Source: Octopus sinensis
Lineage: Eukaryota
Length of the DNA: 64,000 bases
Direction of reading: 5' to 3'
Assembly: GCF_006345805.1 (NCBI RefSeq)
Contig: NC_043017.1
Span: forward strand, 13,268,001-13,332,000
The notes beneath the pieces were generated by a model. It had not been told where the DNA came from. It made no database searches and saw only the letters and a program-made list of their open reading frames with translations. Positions 27,758 to 41,238 of the stretch are shown piece by piece. Made by a program: the position numbers and the translations under genes. Positions within the stretch are counted from its first letter, which is position 1, and every line of letters starts with the position of its first letter.

Positions 27758-28465
27758 AAACAGACCTATAAATTGTAGTTAAGACAACAACAACCCAAAT
27801 ATGGCCCTCATATAAAACCTAACTACTTAACATGTATACCCCAGTCTGTAAGGATCTAACTAAGAGGGTTGGCAATGGGAAGGGTATCTAGCAGTAAAAC
27901 ATGGCCTTAGAAAACCGATCTAACCTTTGCCTGCATAGAAAAGCAGACATAAAACATTGATAATGACTTTGTTTAAAAGAATGTATTCTCTATTTCGCCC
28001 TTTTCAAGCCTAGCCAGGCTTATGGGCCCGGTTTCCATGGGATATGTATCCCCCCCCCCAGCTGGATGGGACACCAGTCCATCGCAGTGTTACTCAAGAA
28101 ACAGGAAGAGAGAGTGAGAGAAAGTTGTGGTGAAAGAGTACAACAGGGGTAGCCACCACACCCTGCCGGAGCCTCGTGAAGCTTTTTAGGCGTTTTCACT
28201 CAATAAACACGCACAACGCCCAGTCTGAGAATTGAAACCGCGATCCTCCGACCGCGAGTCCGCTGCCCTAACCACTGGGCCATTGCGCCTCCACAAAGAA
28301 TGTTTTATTGAGGCATTATTTTACAGGTGAATACCCTTCTTATTGTTAATGTTTCCCTGTTTTTTAAGGGATTTCATATTCCATACATCTTCAAAGGTAC
28401 AAAAAAACAGCGCATAATTCACCGACAGAGGAATTGACAATAATGTCACCACTTGTAACTCAGCA

Positions 28466-28816
28466 GGTGATCTCATTCTCGCCCACAACATCATAAGCGG
28501 GAAGTGTAACCTCTCGAAAGAGCCGTTCTTCACTCCTGCTCCGGAGCGTCGGCTGCGGGGTCATTCCGAAAAGCTCTACCTGCGACGATTTCATCTCAAT
28601 CGAAGGAGAGGAGCTTTCTCCGTCCGGGTTGCGGATCCGTGGAACAAGCTGCCAGACGAGATGGTGAAGATGCCGACGGCCGCTTTGTTCAAAGCCTCCC
28701 TGGACCTCAAGTGGCCTGAACTCTTTACATGAACACCACCCTGTACTTAACTCCATGTCCCCCTACATGGCCTTGCTATTTGCTTTTGAGCCAAATTAAC
28801 TAACTAACTAACTAAC
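28466..28816 (+). mobile_element. 5'-truncated CR1-clade LINE with intact ORF2 end
   Basis: 89 uninterrupted codons GDLILAHNIISG...RLRGHSEKL...AFSVRVADPWNKLPDEMV...FKASLD...* (28466-28732), then a 3' UTR and (TAAC)n tail. Confidence 0.85.
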
Positions 28817-29227
28817 AAATATAAACAGTTTAAACCTTATTTATTTAGTGATTCCTTCATTGTTACTTAAGTAATTATTGTGAAGTCTATGCTTTGCTGA
28901 TGAGGTCTAATAAGACCAAAATATGTTTGGAATTGTGTTCCATACATATTGAACTGATTAAAATAATAGTCACTGCATATTTAATTCTGGTTAGCTTTTA
29001 ATGATCCCTCCATTAATTATGTAAATTACTAACTTAAGTATTGTTTTCTATATGGATAACAGAGTTTTAACTTTTTTAATTGGTTATGGTAGAAAACAGA
29101 CCTTAATTTCACTTTGTAATTTATTCATTTAGCCTTCGGCATCTTATTCATCTCACATATATTTTTCCATACAAGTACAAGTTAGATGACAGTATCTTGC
29201 CTCATATCTAGCTCCTTCATCCTCTGA

Positions 29228-29554
29228 TTCGATTCCCAGACCGGGCGTTGTGAGCGTTTATCGAGCGAAAACACCTAAAAAGCTCCACGAGGCTCTGGCA
29301 GGGGATGGTGGTGATCCCTGCTGTACTCTTTCACCACAACTTTCTCTCACTCTTACTTCCTGTTTCTGTTGTACCTGTATTTCAAAGGGCCGGCCTTGTC
29401 ACTCTCTGTGTCACACTGAATATCCCCGAGAATTACGTTAAGGGTACACGTGTCTGTGGAGTGCTCAGCCACTTGCATGTTAATTTCACAAGCAGGCTGT
29501 TCCGTTGATCGGATCAACCGGAACCCTCGTCGTCGTAACCGACGGAGTGCTTCC
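29228..29554 (+). mobile_element. SINE group A, 5' truncated
   Basis: Same body and tail as the copy at 16999. Confidence 0.85.
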
Positions 29555-29793
29555 ACATCCTCTGATACACAAAATAGTGAAGAAAACCTATAAACCTTTG
29601 CTACTGATGGCAGTACAAAAATGCATGCATTTCCTTCTGTCACTGGGCACTATAGAGGGCGCTGTCATCATTGTCCTCAGCCTCCTCCTTTAATGCCCAT
29701 TTCCATGCTGGCATGAGTAGGACAATTTGACCAGAGCTGGCAAGCAGGAGAGGTGCACCAGGCTTCAGTTTAATTAGACTTAGTTTCTACAGA

Positions 29794-29912
29794 CGTTATG
29801 GCCATATCACGTTGAAAGCACCGGTTCTCGTCTGATCACCGAAGTTAAGCAACATCGAGTCTAGTTAGTACTTAGATGGGTGACCGCTTGGGAAACCTAG
29901 GTGCTGTAAGCA
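29794..29912 (+). pseudogene. 5S rRNA: 5S rRNA copy, probably pseudogene or SINE head, in katanin intron 2
   Basis: 119 nt ...GGCCATATCACGTTGAAAGCACCGGTTCTCGTCTGATCACCGAAGTTAAGCAAC...GTTAGTACTTAGATGGGTGACCGC...GTGCTGTAAGC is clearly 5S-like. It has several transition changes and no oligo-T Pol III terminator. Confidence 0.9.
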
Positions 29913-30418
29913 TTCCATTATTTCCCCGTGCCGGTGTCACGTAAAAAACACCCACTACATTCTCGGAGTGGTTGGCGTTAGGAAGGGCATCCAGCTGTAG
30001 AAACTGCCAAATCAAGATTGGAGCCTGGTGCAGCCATCTGGCTTGCCAGCTCTCAGTCAAAATCGTCCAACCCATGCTAGCATGGAAAGCAGACATTAAA
30101 CGATGATGATGATGATGGATACCCTTCCTAATGCCAATCTCTTTACAGAGTGAGCTGGGTGCTTTTAACGCAAGTTCTCTCAACTACCCTTCAGCTTTCA
30201 TTTGGAGTTATTGTTCACCTAAATGAGTTGCTTTCATCCTGGCAGTAAAGGATTCTTATCCCCTCTGTTCATTTCCTGTCCTAATTCGAAGGCCTTCCAA
30301 ATAATGATCCCATACACTTTTCTAATAATACTAGAACATTAGTTTAATAACAACAACCCATTCAGTCCAGTCTTTCAAACATACCCATCACTGATCAATT
30401 ATTATCAGACAGACTTAC

Positions 30419-30576
30419 TTGTGTTCAACTGGAGTTGGAAGAGGCCAACTCTCTTGGTCTCTTGTAGGCTCTTCATGTACAAACAGGTAACTACCTGCAT
30501 TGCATTTTTGCATTCCAGTAAGAATCGTTAAGATGTTTTTCACTGCATCGTACTCTTTTGTGAAGTAGGTTTTGGC
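30419..30576 (-). CDS. KATNA1: Katanin p60 coding exon 2
   Basis: AKTYFTKEYDAVKNILTIL...EPTRDQESWPLPTPVEH. Acceptor TTTTATTGAAG, donor GTAAGT, 158 nt, phase 0 to 2. Confidence 0.93.
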
Positions 30577-30608
30577 CTTCAATAAAACAAAGTTATAAAT
30601 AAATACAA

Positions 30609-30716
<108 letters not shown>

Positions 30717-31188
30717 TAAATACACACACACATATATTTATAATATATAGTGGCTGAAGATTGCTCAACATTTTAAAATTGATGTAATACTTACAGTGTT
30801 TAATAAAATGAAGTAGCATGAAACGATCGTACCACATTACCTCAGATATACTTGTTGCTTATTTTGATTATTTATAATATACATATATTACTGTTTTAAA
30901 TAAACTAAGACATTAGATTTAACAAAGAAATCTCAGTAAATCTTTAACTGCTTTTGATACCTACCTCAGACAAGAAATCACCTTGAATTAATAGCTTCTA
31001 TCAGTATTTTTATGAAAGAATCTTTCTTTGATTTATGTTTGCAGCACAAATGTAATGTAAAAAGAAATGTTAAATATTTAACTAAATTCCTCTCTTCTAT
31101 CTTTTACTTGTTTCTTCCACAGGCATGAGTATCAAATGACTCCCCTATCCAATGTATTTTACATATATTTAAGATGTTAGGGTATGAT

Positions 31189-31415
31189 TTAACCCTTTAG
31201 TGTTCAGATTATTCAATCAAACATAATGTCTATTGATTCCCATTGATTTGAATTAATCATGCATTTTCTCATATCTTCAAGATCTTGATGGTGTAATTAC
31301 TTAATGTAGAATAACATTGTAGGGTAGGTGTGAGAGCCTGGATCTAGTCAGTTTGAACATAAAACAGATTAACTATTTTGGCCGGATATGGCCGGTTTAA
31401 ATACTAAAGGGTTAA
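31189..31415. mobile_element. piggyBac-type MITE
   Basis: TTAA TSD and TIRs. Near-identical to the copy at 9695-9909. Confidence 0.8.
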
Positions 31416-32512
31416 GGCAGATTTAGCTGTCATTTCAAGTAGAGTGTTTACATAGAAACCTCATTATTGGCTTGTGTTGTTTATCCCTAGGTCAGCTCTG
31501 ATCAAGTAGGCCTGTAATCAAAGGTGTTGCTGCTGCAACCGTCTTTTCAAACAACACATCTCCCTATTCCTCACCACTAAGCAAGTGCAAGTTAGATATA
31601 AGATCAATCTACCTATCTACACACAGTTAACCTGTGTGGTTAGTGAGTGAGCTTTACCTATTTCTTTACTACCCACAAGGGGCTCAACACAGAGAGGACA
31701 AAAACAAAACAAAACACACACACACACACAGAGAAAGTTAGATACTTCATAACTTATGGTAATTTAATTTATCAAATCCCTGATGAATAACTGTAGACCA
31801 ACATCTGCTCCCACAGAGTCTAGATTTTACTCTCCAGTATACGCAGAGCTACATTATCTGCTGTTTATTGAACACTTTAACACTTGTATTATTCTGTCAA
31901 ATGTAATACTTATTTTATTCATATTCTTTTAAATTAATCATGCATCATCTCATAGCCTTGAGATTTTGATGATATGATTGTTTATTTTTAGAATGACATT
32001 GTAGAGGAGGTGTGAGAGGTCGGATCTGGTTGGTTTCAACAAAAAAACAGAATATGGCTGGATATGTGATTCTTGTTCTTTATTGCCCACAAGGGGCTAA
32101 ACATAGAGGGGACAAACAAGGACAGACAAATGGATTAAGTCGATTACATCGACCCCAGTGCGTAACTGGTACTTAATTTATCGACCCCGAAAGGATGAAA
32201 GGCAAAGTCGACCTCGGCGGAATTTGAACTCAGAACGCAACGACAGATGCAATACCGCTAAGCATTTCGCCCGGTGTGCTAACGTTTCTGCCAGCTCGCC
32301 GCCTTGGATATGGCCAGTTTAAATGCTAAAGGGTTAAGGTGATTGAATCTGATATGAGGAATATTTACTTACTATATCTAGCAGGTCTAGCAACCACTTA
32401 GATATAGTCCTTCATTTGCTCAAATATATACAAGAATTGAAAAAGGCAGTGGCTGATAAACTAGATTAAACCGTATTTTGTATATAAAAATTGGTGGAAG
32501 ATGATTACTTAC

Positions 32513-32671
32513 TCGACTCCATGTGCTTTGTTTAGTTCGGTCTTTTGTACTGACAAGCAGTTTCTGAACTTTCAGTAACAATCCTCGGTAATAAACCAAT
32601 GAAGTGTCATAGTTCCCCGTTATTGCATATTCTCGAGCATTTTTGGCAGTTTCTGCTATATCTGTTAACAT
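32513..32671 (-). CDS. KATNA1: Katanin p60 coding exon 1 (MIT domain start)
   Basis: MLTDIAETAKNAREYAITGNYDTSLVYYRGLL...WSR resembles the katanin N-terminus (AREYALLGNYD). Acceptor TTTCAG|T-ATG at 32673, donor GTAAGT at 32512, 159 nt, ends phase 0. Confidence 0.95.
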
Positions 32672-35600
32672 ACTGAAACAAATATATACATAAAACATTA
32701 TAACATATATATATATATACACACACACATGTTTTTTAGTTCATTTTAGCCATTGTAGCTGGGTAGATCTATCTATCATAAGAAAGTGAGATGACAAAGG
32801 AATAAAGGGTTATCTTATGAACTTCATTAGCTTACAGCTGTTTCGGCAATAAGATGCAGTGGACTCATAGTCGAGTGCCTGAGTAATTACCTTATAGCTT
32901 CATTGGAGCTTCAAGTCTCTCTCTATCTATCTACACACACACACACAGTTAACCTGTGTGGTTAGTGAGTGAGCTTTACCTATTTCTTTACTACCCACAA
33001 GGGGCTCAACAAGGACAGATTAAGTCAATTATATTGACCCCAGTACGTAACTGGGGTCAATAAACATTAAAAGAATAGAATGAGCCTGTAAGCAACAAAA
33101 CAAGAAAAGGAAATCTGGAGAGATTGATCAGGGGAGAAAAATAATAAAAAAGGAAAGTGAAAATGAAGAGACAGAATGACAAATAATCTCCATTACAATG
33201 AAATACTGAAAGTATCAAGAGGTTTTTAAGTCAAAACAACTCATTTAACACAAAACTGTACAAACAGTTATTATTCAATGGTTAAGATACCTATTTCTTT
33301 ACTACCCACAAGGAGCTAAACACAGAGGGGACAAACAAGGACGGACAAACGGATTAAGTCGATTACATCGACCCCAGTGCGTAACTGGTACTTATTTAAT
33401 CGACCCCGAAAGGATGAAAGGCAAAGTCGACTTCGGCGGAATTTGAACTCAGAATGTAGTGGCAGACGAAATACCGCTAAGCATTCCGCCCAGCGCGCTA
33501 ACATTTCTGCCAGCTCGCTGCCTTGTGAGTGAGCTTTACCACCACATGGTTTCAAGTTCAGTCCCACTGTGTGGTACCGAGGGCAAGTGTCCTCTATTAC
33601 AGCCTGGACCAAGCAATGGCTTGTGAGAGAATTTAGTAGACAGGAACTGTGTAGAAGCCCATCGTAAATACATGTGTGTGTGTGCACAAATGTATTTTCC
33701 CCCTCCCCACCTCTGCTTGACAAGAGGTATTGCTTTATGTATGTCTCTGTAACTTCATGATTTGGCAAATAAGTATCAGAGTTGAGCTGTTCAACTAGTC
33801 TTTAAGGCAGTGCTCCAGCATGGCTATAATGACTGAAACAAGTAAAAGATAAAAAAAAATTTGTGTGGTAAGTAGCTTGCTTACCAACCACATGGTTCCG
33901 GGTTCAGTCCCACTGCGTGGCATCTTGGGCAAGTGTCTTCTACTATAACCTCAGGCCGACCAATGCCTTGTGAGTGGATTTGGTAGACGGAAACTGAAAG
34001 AAGCCCGTCGTATATATGTATATATATATATATATGCGTGTGTGTGTTTGTGTCTGTGTTTGTCTTCCTAGCATTGCTTGACAACCGATGCTGGTGTGTT
34101 TATGTCCCCGTTACTTAGCGGTTCGGTAAAAGAGACCGATAGAATAAGTACTGGGCTTACAAAGAATAAGTCCCGGGGTCGATTTGCTCGATTAAAGGCG
34201 GCGCTCCAGCATGGCCGCAGTCAAATGACTGAAACAAGTAAAAGAATAAAAAGAAAAGAATATAACTTCCATGTCTTCAAGCTGTACAAGAGTTGTTAGA
34301 AATTCCTAATTTCTAGGTTACAATCTCCATGAAGGGCAACATTTTTGTGATAACTACTTTATATATATATATATCTTCTAGATTCTACAAAGGTCTCAGA
34401 TTAGTAATTTTGTTCTGAAACAATCCTAAGTGCAAGGAAACAAGTCATTCATACTGACCTCAATACATTTGACTGACATTTATTTTTATGGATCTTAAAA
34501 GAATGAAAGACAAACCTGACTTCAACGAGATACAAGACTAACAATATAAAGGAATGCAACAAATAGTACAAGACAATTTTGTCTGAGGCTCTGCCAGTTC
34601 TGCAATTTAATAATAATAAGTAGAATTCTCAGTATTTAGTTTCCTTTCCTTGCTACATATCATTGCTTACTCATAAATAACACCCATAGTAAAAAGTCCA
34701 GCTTACTGTTTACTGAAGTCGCTGGGAGAAACTTAGAAAGTAATAACAACAACAACAACAATCATCATCATCATCATCATTTAGCGTCCGCTTTCCATGC
34801 TAGCATGGGTTGGACGGTTCAACTGGGGTCTGTGAAGCCAGAAGGCTGCATCAGGCCCAGTCTGATCTGGCAGTGTTTCTACGGCTGGATGCCCTTCCTA
34901 ACGCCAACCACTCCGTGAGTGTAGTGGGTGCTTTTTACGTGCCACCCGCACAGGTGCCAGACGGAGCTGGCAAACGACCACGGACGGATGGTGCTTTTTA
35001 CGTGCCACCGGCAATAATAATAACAATAATCTTTTCTACTATAGGCAAAAGGCTTGAAATTTTGGAGGAGGGGTTAGTCAAAAGAATCACCTCACACCCC
35101 AGTACTTGACTGGTATTTCTTTTTATTGACGAAACAAAGTTAACCTTTAGCACACTGTATTTTCTGTAGAATTGTTTCCGCTGTCACCACAATTGGAGGC
35201 TGGTGCAGCTCTCCAGTTGGCCAACTCTTGTCAAACCGGCCAACCCATGCCAGCATGGAAAACAGAAATTAACTGATGATGATGATAATTTCTGATGAAG
35301 GCTGCAAGATATACTGGTTGAGATGCTGTGACTATAACATCCAAGATGAAGACACTAGCCTCAATATCATCATCATCATCGTTTAACGTCCGTTCTCCAT
35401 GCTAGCATGGGTTGGACGGTTCGACCGGGGATCTGGGAAGCCAGAAGGCTGCACCAGGCTCCAGTCTTATCTGGCAATGTTTCTACAGCTGGATGCCCTT
35501 CCTAACGCCAACCACTCCGTGAGTGTAGTGGGTGCTTTTTACGTGCCACCTGCACAGGTGCCAGGCGAGGCTGGCAACGGCCACGGTCGGATTAGTGTAT

Positions 35601-36519
35601 TTTATGTGCCACCGGCACGGAAGCCAGTCGAGGCGGTGCTGGCATCGGCCACAGTGTATATAAATTATAGTATATATCTGGCTGATCTATGTAATAGACA
35701 GTGCATATATATAGATCACAGTGTATAAAAGAGAGTCGTGAATGCTAGTCAAACTGAAAGTTACTGAATGTAGCAGAAAGCCAGATGGTATGACAGCCAA
35801 AATGTTGTAATTATAGCAACCAAGATAAGTACACTAGTTTGAATAAATCGGGGTATAATAATAATTCCACATCTCAAATATTCAGAATAATTAATCCAAT
35901 TTTATTTATAATTTAGTCAGGAGAGGAGGGCAGTGTCTGTGACCATTTGCAATGTCACCAAGATTGGCAGAGAGGAAGAAACTCCGACTCAAGGCTTATC
36001 CTCAGAAATAAACCTCACGTAAAACCATTATATTTATATGTACATTTTATTGATATTTGGTGACATTTTAAAACAATAATGCCTGTTGGTATAATTCTTG
36101 ACACCTTTAAATACTATGTTGTTGGGTGAGAGAAACTGATCTAACTGCAAGCTTAGACAAGCTCTTGGGATTATTTATGTTTTAACACCATTACAGCATG
36201 CAAGCAAGCTACTATTATAAACAGTAGCTAGTTGTTGCAGAGTTGACACTTGAATAATTTATATATATAATTATATACAGATATCAGGTGCAGATTGCAT
36301 TGAATAACTTATATATATATAATTATATACAGATATCAGATGCAGATTGCATCAAATAACTGGCCATAGGAGGTGCTCTCTAGGGGTTAAAAATAGCAGT
36401 AATGTCAGTTCCTACAGAACATCCATGTTTAATTGGTGATAAACATTACTTTTCTGTATAGTTACTACCTTCATCTCATATAGAGATTTTCTAACTAGCT
36501 AATTTGCTTATATATACAG

Positions 36520-36606
<87 letters not shown>

Positions 36607-39219
36607 CACACACACATATAAATACATTATATCATATATATAAATATACAATAAGACTATTGTTTGAAATGATCTTTAGAAATTACTTCATTTATCTCTT
36701 TCTCAAATGGCTCTACCCTCCTGATCTTAGTATTTATAAGGGCCTTTATATAAATAACCCTTCTAAACAAGTACCACTAAGAAACTATAAATATCATGCA
36801 GTGAGTAACAATGATAACTTCTTAAACCTATAATATAACCCTTAATTTTAAAAAAAGATTAATTATTCCTTTAGTGGATACCAGACATCAGTCTTTTATT
36901 GATATTAGCTAAATAAGTAAATCGCAGGAGTGGCTGTGTGGTAAGTAGCTTGTCTGCCAACCACATGGTTCCGGGTTCAGTCCCACTGCGTGGCACCTTG
37001 GGCAAGTGTCTTCTACTATAGCCTCGGGCCGACCAAAGCCTTGTGAGTGGATTTGGTAGACGGAAACTGAAAGAAGCCCGTCGTATATATGTATATATAT
37101 GTATGCGTGTGTGTGTTTGTGTTTGTTCCCTAGCATTGCTTGACAACCGATGCTGGTGTGTTTATGTCCCCGTTACTTAGCGGTTCAGCAAAAGAGACCG
37201 GTAGAATAAGTACTGGGCTTACAAAAGAATAAGTCCCGGGGTCGAGTTGCTCGACTAAAGACGGTGCTCCAGCATGGCCACAGTCATATGACTGAAACAA
37301 GTAAAAGAGTAAAAAGAGTATATAACTTTTAGTCTAATATATTTTGAATTATACTTTTTCTAAAAATCTTCTCTATTGGTGTTAATAAGCTACATATACT
37401 TTACCATAGTATTAGTAATTAAGCCATTTTATTTCCTTTTTCTATGGTGTTCTGCTCTACTTGATTATTTTATTATATTTCTTTATCATTTTATAATTAG
37501 CCTTTATTTATTTATAAAATTAATGTAATTTTTGTATCTCTATAAATTCATACTTAGCTTATATAAAACTATACTGGTATATTCGCTACTTTAAGGCGGT
37601 GAGTGGGCGAAATGCATAGCCGTATTTCGTCTGCCGTTACGTTCTGAGTTCAAATTCCGCCGAGATCGACTTTGTCTTTCATCCTTTCGGGGTCGATAAA
37701 TTAAGTACCAGTTACACACTGGGGTCGATATAATCGACTTAATCAGTTTGTCTGTCCTTGTTTGTCCTCTCCGTGTTTAGCCCCTTGTGGGTAGTAAAGA
37801 AATAGGTATATTCGCTACTTATAAAAAATACTGCCTAGATTATAATTTTATTAATATATAATTAGCATGTTCCTTTACCTCAATACTCCTTTATTAATAC
37901 CAGTATATACCAATTAATCAATATTCACAGATACCATCTGATGAGTTAGTATTTAAGTGTACAATATGTGTAAATATTAAACTATTTCTGGATAATTTAT
38001 TTTCCTCCCTCTATTGTAGTAAATGTTTGGAATATACTCAAAAGCATTCATAAATTTCTATCCTTTCGTTATAATATTCTTCTTAATAATCCTTTGAATA
38101 ACCCTAAACTTTAACTGTATACAATATAACATTGTTTAAAATATTTAAATATAGTACTACATGATAAGACTTCTCCTGTTTCATTATCAATGGTCTGCTA
38201 GTGGGCAACCCCCTTAATTACCAGCTAACATCTTGTTTTGAGTTTTCCTTTACCAAACCTCATGATATCGCTTCTAATAAATCTTGATTTTCATGACTAT
38301 ACCAACTATGATGTCTGTGAGACAGCATGTTCTTTGTCTATCTCCTTAACTTCTTGCTCTGCATTTTAAAGTGATGTAATGGTTGCATTGTTCAATTAAA
38401 TGGAGTTGCATGAAATGATTGTACTGCATTACCTCTGGATATCCTTGTTGCGTACTAAATTCTGGTGCCTCAACTTATGTACCATATTCATCTGAATCTA
38501 TCTATCTATATATACATATAGATTCTTTCCTTAATTTTTAAAGTTTAAAACATTTTTTAAACTAAATTTAATTTTATCCCATTTTTATACATTACTGTAT
38601 ACACACCTTTTATAAGGCTTTACTTTTGCATATATCCAGGGACCTAAAATAATATATTATAAAATATCCGCATATGGAACAGAATTGAAGAAATATTTAT
38701 AAACGTATAGGCCACAAACTCTATTAAACACAGGAGTTAAAGTTTCTACATACTAATCAAATTGCTTTAAAAAAAAAAAACAATGAACACCTAGAGAGAA
38801 ACCATACAGACTAACAACCCTCTACACCTACTCACACCTTTTTGTGAACCTCAAAGCATGAGATAAACAAACTTCTATACTCACAACACCATGACATACC
38901 TGACTAATAACTCACATATTCCAAATAAGAACAGGAAAAAAATGATAACAAATAAAGAAACTAACCAGCTAAGACATAGCATCAATTTACATTCGTTTAT
39001 GAACCACTAAGAATTTCCATTACAAAAAAGTTGAGGCGGAGGAGTGGCTGTGTGGTAAGTAGCTTGCTAACCAGCCACATGGTTCCGGGTTCAGTCCCAC
39101 TGCGTGGCATCTTGGGCAAGTGTCTTCTGCTATAGCCCCGGACCGACCAATGCCTTGTGAGTGGATTTGGTAGACGGAAACTGAATGAAGCCTGTCGTAT
39201 ATATGTATATATATGTATA

Positions 39220-39267
<48 letters not shown>

Positions 39268-40430
39268 CTTGTGTGTCTGTGTTTGTCCCCCTAGCATTGC
39301 TTGACAACTGATGCTGGTGTGTTTACGTCTCCGTTCACTTAGCGGTTTGGCAAAAAAGACCGATAGAATAAGTACTGGGCTTACAAAGAATAAGTCCCGG
39401 GGTCGATTTGCTCGACTAAAGGCGGTGCTCCAACATGGCCGCAGTCAAATGACTGAAACAAGTAAAAGAGTAACACCAAGTTAAATAATGGACTTTGTGG
39501 CTCTGACCTTTACATTGTCAAAGGAAAGGATTAAATCCAATAAAACCAAAAATAACTAAAACTACTGGCACACCCTTTAACTACCTACCAAACAGAACAC
39601 ATCTAAATATGCGCCTCTGCTTACAAAGTTTTGTATACATGAATAAATTCAAAACAATAACCCCAAATTTAATCAATAAAAAATTTTCCAAAACACCTCT
39701 CCACAATAACCCACCCTAAAACCTAATTACCACTCCACTCAAACCCACACACCCAAAGAAGATTTTAATTCAACAGACACTATATAAAGCCAAGATTAAC
39801 TCCAATGCATCACAATCCGATGATGGCTTAACTAGTTGAAACTTTGAAATTATGGTCAATAATATTCTTGCTTAAGGATAATAAATTTGTACTCTTCAAA
39901 AGTGTAGAGTAACCCATGAGATTAATTTAAAATTGTTTATATTATAACTGAACATAAATCAAACATTAACAATATATGCACACACATACACAAATTATAT
40001 ATATACACTGAATAAGTGTTTCACCTCTTTACTCTCTTTTACCTGTTTCAGTCATCCGACTGCGGCCATGCTGGAGCACCGCCTTTAATCGAGCAACTCG
40101 ACCCCAGGACTTATTCTTTTGTAAGCCCAGTACTTATTCTATCGGTCTCTTTTGCCGAACCGCTAAGTAACGGGGACGTAAACACACCAGCATCGGTTGT
40201 CAAGCAATGCTAGGGGGACAAACACAGACACACAAACATACACGCACACACATATATATATACATATATACGACGGGCTTCTTTCAGTTTCCGCCTACCA
40301 AATCCACTCACAAGGCATTGGTCGGCCCGGGGCTATAGCAGAAGACACTTGCCCAAGGTGCCACGCAGTGGGACTGAACCCAGAACCATGTGGTTGGTTA
40401 GCAAGCTACTTACCACACAGCCACTCCTGC

Positions 40431-41238
40431 TCATCATCATCATCATCGTTGTTTAACATCCGCTTTCCATGCTTGCATGGGTTGGACGGTTTGACTGAGG
40501 ACTGGTGAGCCAGAGGCTGCACCAGGCTCAATCTGATCGGGCAAAGTTTCTACAGCTGGATGCCCTTCCTAACACCAACCACTCCACAAGTGTAGTGGGT
40601 GCTTTTATGTGTCACCGGCACAGAGGCCAGTCAGGCAGTTCTGGCAACGATCAGGCTCAAAAGGTGTTTTTACGTGCTACCTGCATGGGAGCCAGTCCAG
40701 CGGCACTGGCAACAACCATGCTCAAATGCTGTTTTCATGTGCCGATGAGGCAACGATCATGTTTGAATGGTGCTTTTCATATGCCACCAGCATGGGAGCC
40801 AATCCGTGGCCTTGGTAACGATCATGCTCGGATTTGCTTTTAACATCCCACTGGCATGAGTGCCAATCAGGGGGTGCTGTCACTGGCCACGTCAGTGATT
40901 TTGATTTGTTTTCACTTGCCTCAATAGGTCTTCGCAAGCAAAGTTCATTGTTCAATGAATGAGGGGTAATCATAATTGGGCGAGTTACACCCATGTGACA
41001 TGTAAAAAGCACCAACCGATCGTGGTCGTTGCCAGCTTCCTCTGGCCCCTGTGCCAGTGGCGCGTAAAAAGCACCCACTACACACATGGAGTGGTTGGCG
41101 TTAGGAAGGGCATCCAGCTGTAGAAACACTGCCAGATAAGACTGGAGCCAGGTGCAGCCTCCTGGTTTCCCAGATCCCGGTCGAACCGTCCAACCCATGC
41201 AAGCATGGAAAACGGACGTTAAATAATGATGATGATGA
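40431..41238. mobile_element. Two oppositely oriented (GAT)n-tailed RTE-related elements (group D)
   Basis: ...CGTCCAACCCATGCTAGCATGGAAAACGGACGTTAAACGATGATG 3' end. Other copies at about 6980, 15409, 16582, 26166, 29924, 34761, 35367 and 63664. Confidence 0.8.
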
